A DNA stretch of 64,000 nt from an uncultured Candidatus Poseidoniales archaeon (GTDB lineage Archaea; Thermoplasmatota; Poseidoniia; Poseidoniales; Thalassarchaeaceae). Shown piece after piece: positions 59,915 to 64,000 of the stretch. The notes under the pieces were generated by a model, which was given only the letters and a program-made list of their open reading frames with translations, searched no databases and was not told where the DNA came from. A program made the translations under genes and the position numbers. The DNA lies in contig CACJKA010000005.1 in assembly GCA_902593945.1 (NCBI GenBank), forward strand, positions 16,643 through 80,642, in the 5' to 3' direction. Within the stretch, counting starts at the first letter, position 1. Each line of letters starts with the position of its first letter.

Positions 59915-60898
59915 TCACTGAATTACCGGTACTGGTACTTCTGAAAGGATCTTTCGCATTAGGTGTTGACCTGTTACTCCACGAATCTTTGACTCTGGTT
60001 TCAATACGATTCTGTGGCTTACAACTTGAAGTGCAACATTCTTGATATCATCAGGAATTACGTAATCTCTACCATCGATTGCTGCGCTTGCACGGCTGGT
60101 CTTGAATAGTGACTGACTTGCACGAGGTGAAGCTCCAGTAATTACTCTGTGATCTTCACGTGTACGGTGTACAAGTTCAACAATGTATGACATGATTGCA
60201 GGGTCTACGTGGACTGTTTCCAGTGCTTTTTGCATTGCTACAACTTTCTTTGGTGAAGTAATCTGCTCAACATCGTGAGCATCCTTTCCTCTTAGTTTCC
60301 TTCTTTGTAGAATTGCCTTTTCTTCTTGCCTGTTAGGGTAACCCATTGACATCTTCATCAAGAAACGGTCCATCTGTGCTTCAGGTAGAGGATATGTTCC
60401 TTCTTGCTCGATTGGGTTCTGTGTAGCCATTGTAATGAAAGGAGCAGGTAACTTGTGAGTAATACCTTCAATTGTTACTTGCTTTTCTTCCATCGCTTCC
60501 AGCAAAGCAGCTTGTGTCTTTGGTGGAGCACGGTTAATCTCGTCAGCTAGTAGAACGTTTGTGAATAGTGGACCAGGACGTAACTTGAACTCTCCAGCTT
60601 GCTGATCGTACATGTATGTCCCCATGATATCTGCAGGTAGAAGATCAGGAGTAAATTGAACACGCTTAAACTTACAACCAAGTGCTGTAGCGAATGTATT
60701 TGCCATCAAAGTTTTAGCTAATCCAGGGAAATCCTCAATCAACATATTTCCATTTGAAAGTATACCTACAGAGATTCTTCTGAGGTTTTCTTGCTTCCCA
60801 ATAATTACCTTGGATACTTCATTCATCAATGCATTTGAAATCTGCGAAACCGTTTGAATTAACTCACGGGACTTCGGGTCACTGGCTGCCATAGTCAT
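59915..60898 (-). CDS. moxR: MoxR family AAA+ ATPase
   Basis: EDFPGLAKT, RVQFTPDLLPAD, LADEINRAPPKTQAALLEAMEE, ATQNPIEQEGTYPLPEAQMDRF motifs. Confidence 0.95.
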   Translation of the reverse strand: MTMAASDPKSRELIQTVSQISNALMNEVSKVIIGKQENLRRISVGILSNGNMLIEDFPGLAKTLMANTFATALGCKFKRVQFTPDLLPADIMGTYMYDQQAGEFKLRPGPLFTNVLLADEINRAPPKTQAALLEAMEEKQVTIEGITHKLPAPFITMATQNPIEQEGTYPLPEAQMDRFLMKMSMGYPNRQEEKAILQRRKLRGKDAHDVEQITSPKKVVAMQKALETVHVDPAIMSYIVELVHRTREDHRVITGASPRASQSLFKTSRASAAIDGRDYVIPDDIKNVALQVVSHRIVLKPESKIRGVTGQHLMRKILSEVPVPVIQ

Positions 60899-60982
60899 CT
60901 TTCAACACCTTCTAACATCCCCCTGCCCCGTTTTTTAATACTAAAGGGTTGGGTGTCTATGAACTAGTTCTGCATCGTATTC

Positions 60983-62761
60983 TTAACGTCCCCAGAAGTG
61001 GTCGTCTTTACGATGAATCTCAATTAATTCCTCTAAAACTTCCTCTTCAGCAGCGGAGAGGTCCATCTTTCTGAGCTTCTTTGCATGTGAAGCAGGGATG
61101 TCGACCAACATGATATCATTCTCATCAAGTTGCCTTCCAACAGTAACTCCATCAATTGCCACCGCTACTTCAGATCCTTGCAATGCTTCTTTCATTGAAT
61201 CTTGACCTGAACGGATTGATTTTATTCTTCCAATTCTGGTTCCTTCCTTTAGCAAATGTTGTCCAACATGAATTCTTCCAGCGAGTACTCTGACTCCGAT
61301 CACAGCTGGCTTACTAGCTCGGAATGTATGGTCAGGGAGGAATCTAATTCTTCCAGGATAGACTACAACCTCTCTTGATTCTTCTTCAAGCTCCTTTGTT
61401 CTCTTCTCTACCCATTCTTCCCTTTCTTCTAGGATACGATAAATGATATCAGAGCCAATGTATTTGACACCATTTTCAGAGTTGTCTATCTCAGTTTGTG
61501 CATCAGCTAATATGTCTGTAGCGAATGCCATAATGATTCTATGAAGCGGATCTTTTGCATTCTCAGCAGATCTAACATCTCTACGATTTACTTTCCCAAT
61601 TGTTGCATGACGAATTGGTAAATCAAGTTCTTTCAATTCTTTTGCTAGAGCTTCTAAACCACCAACAGTATCAGCTTTGATGGTAACTCCTTCTTCATCT
61701 AACTCGATAGAAAGATTAGCCTCATTATTTGCTGCATTAAGAGCCTCTAGACGCTCTTCATCAGTATTTACGACTCTGAGTGTAGTACCAGCAAGAACAC
61801 CGTCTATATCGGGTGCTGAGACTTTCAAACCAGATGCTGCATGAGCAACATCTGAATCATCCCACCTGTCACCGGCGTCTCTCATTTCTGACATCCCTCT
61901 TGGAGAAAACATTCCACGTACTCGAGTAGATATTCCTCCCTCTTGAGTTACTAGAACTATCTCGTCTCCTTTACGAATTGAACCTCGATATAGAATAACA
62001 TCCAGAGTTTTTCCTAGCCCTCTTTCTTCTTTCATTTCTAGAACAGTTCCTTCTCCAGCACCTTCAACATCTTTCAGTTTGTCACTAAGGTATCTTTCTG
62101 CCATTCCGATTACAACTGCCAATAGGTCTTGGATTCCTTCACCTTCTTTTGCAGAGATTGGAACTAATGCAATCTCTTTAGTGAAATCTTTGACTTTATC
62201 ATACCGTTCAATATTGAATCCATGTTCTGCAAAAGAGCCAACTAAGTCCCAATATCTCTGGTCAAAATAACCGATGGTATCCTTTGTTTGATTTCTAATT
62301 GCGAGAGCCATAGGTCTGTCTCTAACTGATTGCCAACCGTGAATCCTGTCAACTTTATTTGCTGCGATAACGAATGGAGTTTTTGAGTTTTTCAAGATAC
62401 GAATTGATTCAATTGTTTGTGGCATACATCCATCATGAATATCTACCATTAAGATTGCAACGTCTGCTAAAGAACCACCTCTAGTTCGTAATGTAGAGAA
62501 TGAATGGTGACCTGGAGTATCAATGAACAGAAGTCCTGGAGAATCGAATGACTTTCCACCCATCAGAGGAGAACATAATTCATTCAACAAATCAGCTGGA
62601 ACTTCTGTTGCTCCAATGTGTTGAGTAATTCCACCCGCTTCTCTATCCATTACAGAAGCCTGTCTGCCAGAACCAAGAGAACGAATGTGGTCTAGTAGGC
62701 TAGTTTTACCGTGATCTACATGCCCTAATACGGAAACAATTGGCTGTCTACGGTTTTCCAT
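60983..62761 (-). CDS. infB: Translation initiation factor aIF5B (IF-2)
   Basis: RQPIVSVLGHVDHGKT, EAGGITQHIGA, DTPGH, NKVD, KADTVGGLEAL motifs; GAGGTG Shine-Dalgarno before 62761. Confidence 0.97.
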   Translation of the reverse strand: MENRRQPIVSVLGHVDHGKTSLLDHIRSLGSGRQASVMDREAGGITQHIGATEVPADLLNELCSPLMGGKSFDSPGLLFIDTPGHHSFSTLRTRGGSLADVAILMVDIHDGCMPQTIESIRILKNSKTPFVIAANKVDRIHGWQSVRDRPMALAIRNQTKDTIGYFDQRYWDLVGSFAEHGFNIERYDKVKDFTKEIALVPISAKEGEGIQDLLAVVIGMAERYLSDKLKDVEGAGEGTVLEMKEERGLGKTLDVILYRGSIRKGDEIVLVTQEGGISTRVRGMFSPRGMSEMRDAGDRWDDSDVAHAASGLKVSAPDIDGVLAGTTLRVVNTDEERLEALNAANNEANLSIELDEEGVTIKADTVGGLEALAKELKELDLPIRHATIGKVNRRDVRSAENAKDPLHRIIMAFATDILADAQTEIDNSENGVKYIGSDIIYRILEEREEWVEKRTKELEEESREVVVYPGRIRFLPDHTFRASKPAVIGVRVLAGRIHVGQHLLKEGTRIGRIKSIRSGQDSMKEALQGSEVAVAIDGVTVGRQLDENDIMLVDIPASHAKKLRKMDLSAAEEEVLEELIEIHRKDDHFWGR

Positions 62762-62802
62762 CGTGACCACCTCATGTTCCTTCCTCAATTAATTGAATTG
62801 TT

Positions 62803-63258
62803 TTATTCGTATATTTGTGACTCTGCGTCAAGTACCCAGTCACATAGTCCATCTGGAAACCATAGTCCAAGCTCGAATGCTGCAGTATCTTCCCCATCAC
62901 TGCCGTGAATTATATTGTGACCGATATCCATAGCCCAATCTCCACGGATTGTCCCAGGTGCTGCTTCTCTACCGTTAGTCGGTCCAATGATATTACGTGC
63001 AACAGAAATAGCATCTACTCCAGTCCAAGCCATAGCAACAACAGGTCCAGAAGTAATGAATTCAATAAGTCCAGAGTAAAACGGGCGTTCTGAGTGTACT
63101 GCATAGTGAGCTTCTGCTAATTCCATTGAAGGAGTTAGTTGACGAAGACCGACCATACGTAGTCCTTTGCGCTCGAATCTGTTGATTATTTCACCAACAA
63201 GTCCTCTTTGGACACCATCAGGTTTGATCATAATATAGGTTGTTTGCATGTCTGCCAT
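62803..63258 (-). CDS. ndk: Nucleoside diphosphate kinase
   Basis: [25 protein letters not shown] motifs. Confidence 0.97.
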   Translation of the reverse strand: MADMQTTYIMIKPDGVQRGLVGEIINRFERKGLRMVGLRQLTPSMELAEAHYAVHSERPFYSGLIEFITSGPVVAMAWTGVDAISVARNIIGPTNGREAAPGTIRGDWAMDIGHNIIHGSDGEDTAAFELGLWFPDGLCDWVLDAESQIYE

Positions 63259-63385
63259 GATTCCGCCGACCCACCATCCCTATTTCAATCAAGAGGTGAT
63301 AATAAGAATAGGAAAGAATGATTGATATTGAAGATTTAATAGTTCGATTCTTTCTCATAGTATTACAGGAGACGATATAATCGAG

Positions 63386-64000
63386 TTGAGAGCTGATTTA
63401 AGGCCAAGAAAATGGCAGTTTAAAGCACTCGCGACTTGGTCAATAAATATGCATGGAATTGCTAAGGTAGTTACTGGAGGTGGGAAGACAACTTTTGCAA
63501 TGCTATGCATTGAACAATATTTCTCTAAGTACCCAAATGGTCGTTGTATCATCCTAGTCCCTTCAGTTGCACTGTTAGATCAGTGGTTAGTTGAGATAAT
63601 ATCAGAAACAGATATTTCAGAAAAAAATATTTCTATTTATGGCGGGGGTTCTAAACCGGATGAGCCACGAAAAATCAATATAATTACACTAAATACTGGG
63701 AGAAATATTGTAAAATCAATTATTAATGAAGGAGATTTATTAGTTGTTGACGAATGCCATAGAGCAGCTTCTTTAGAAAATTCTAAAGCACTTTCTTCTA
63801 AAAAAATCTTCACTTTAGGACTATCAGCAACTCCCGAACGACAATACGATGATGGATTTGAAAAAATATTGCACCCGATTCTGGGGCCAATAATCATTGA
63901 TTATGATTATGATCAGGCACATTCAGATGGAGTGATATGTGATTTTAATCTATATAATGTTAGAATAGTTATGAGTGAAGATGAAATGATAAAATATGAG
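63386..64000 (+). CDS. Superfamily 2 (DEAD/DEAH, XPB/ResIII-like) helicase; 3' end runs off the window
   Basis: Not in the ORF track. TTG 63386 reads ..RPRKWQ (Q motif), VTGGGKT (Walker A), LVPSVALLDQW, VDECH, LGLSATPER. Confidence 0.85.
   Translation, partial: MRADLRPRKWQFKALATWSINMHGIAKVVTGGGKTTFAMLCIEQYFSKYPNGRCIILVPSVALLDQWLVEIISETDISEKNISIYGGGSKPDEPRKINIITLNTGRNIVKSIINEGDLLVVDECHRAASLENSKALSSKKIFTLGLSATPERQYDDGFEKILHPILGPIIIDYDYDQAHSDGVICDFNLYNVRIVMSEDEMIKYE

Overview
Core-genome window from an AT-rich archaeon. The gene set (aEF1A, aIF5B, S8e, SRP19, FEN1, PolB, GINS, Sec61beta, XerA) is combined with bacterial-type metabolic genes, an A1-type cytochrome c oxidase operon and large acidic secreted proteins, which is most consistent with Marine Group II Euryarchaeota (Poseidoniales); the taxon is inferred. 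There are about 50 CDS and 3 tRNAs (Arg-TCG, Ser-TGA, Leu-CAA), and no CRISPR, rRNA or IS element was seen. The strongest candidate for an undescribed system is at 37053-41312: a membrane-anchored SAP-domain protein, then a Soj-like ParA, then a translationally coupled EamA/DMT membrane protein that begins with the ParB-type ParA-activating peptide KGLGRGL, with no ParB in the window. Other observations: a secreted (GQ)20/Asp-rich Ca-binding repeat protein behind a long structured leader, a CTG-initiated maeB, a CoxI with a fused extracellular CxCH domain, a DsbD-alpha-like PGF-CTERM protein coupled to an iodotyrosine deiodinase, and a recurring TT[G/C]AA element at TATA-box spacing. All calls come from reading motifs by eye; no database searches were run.
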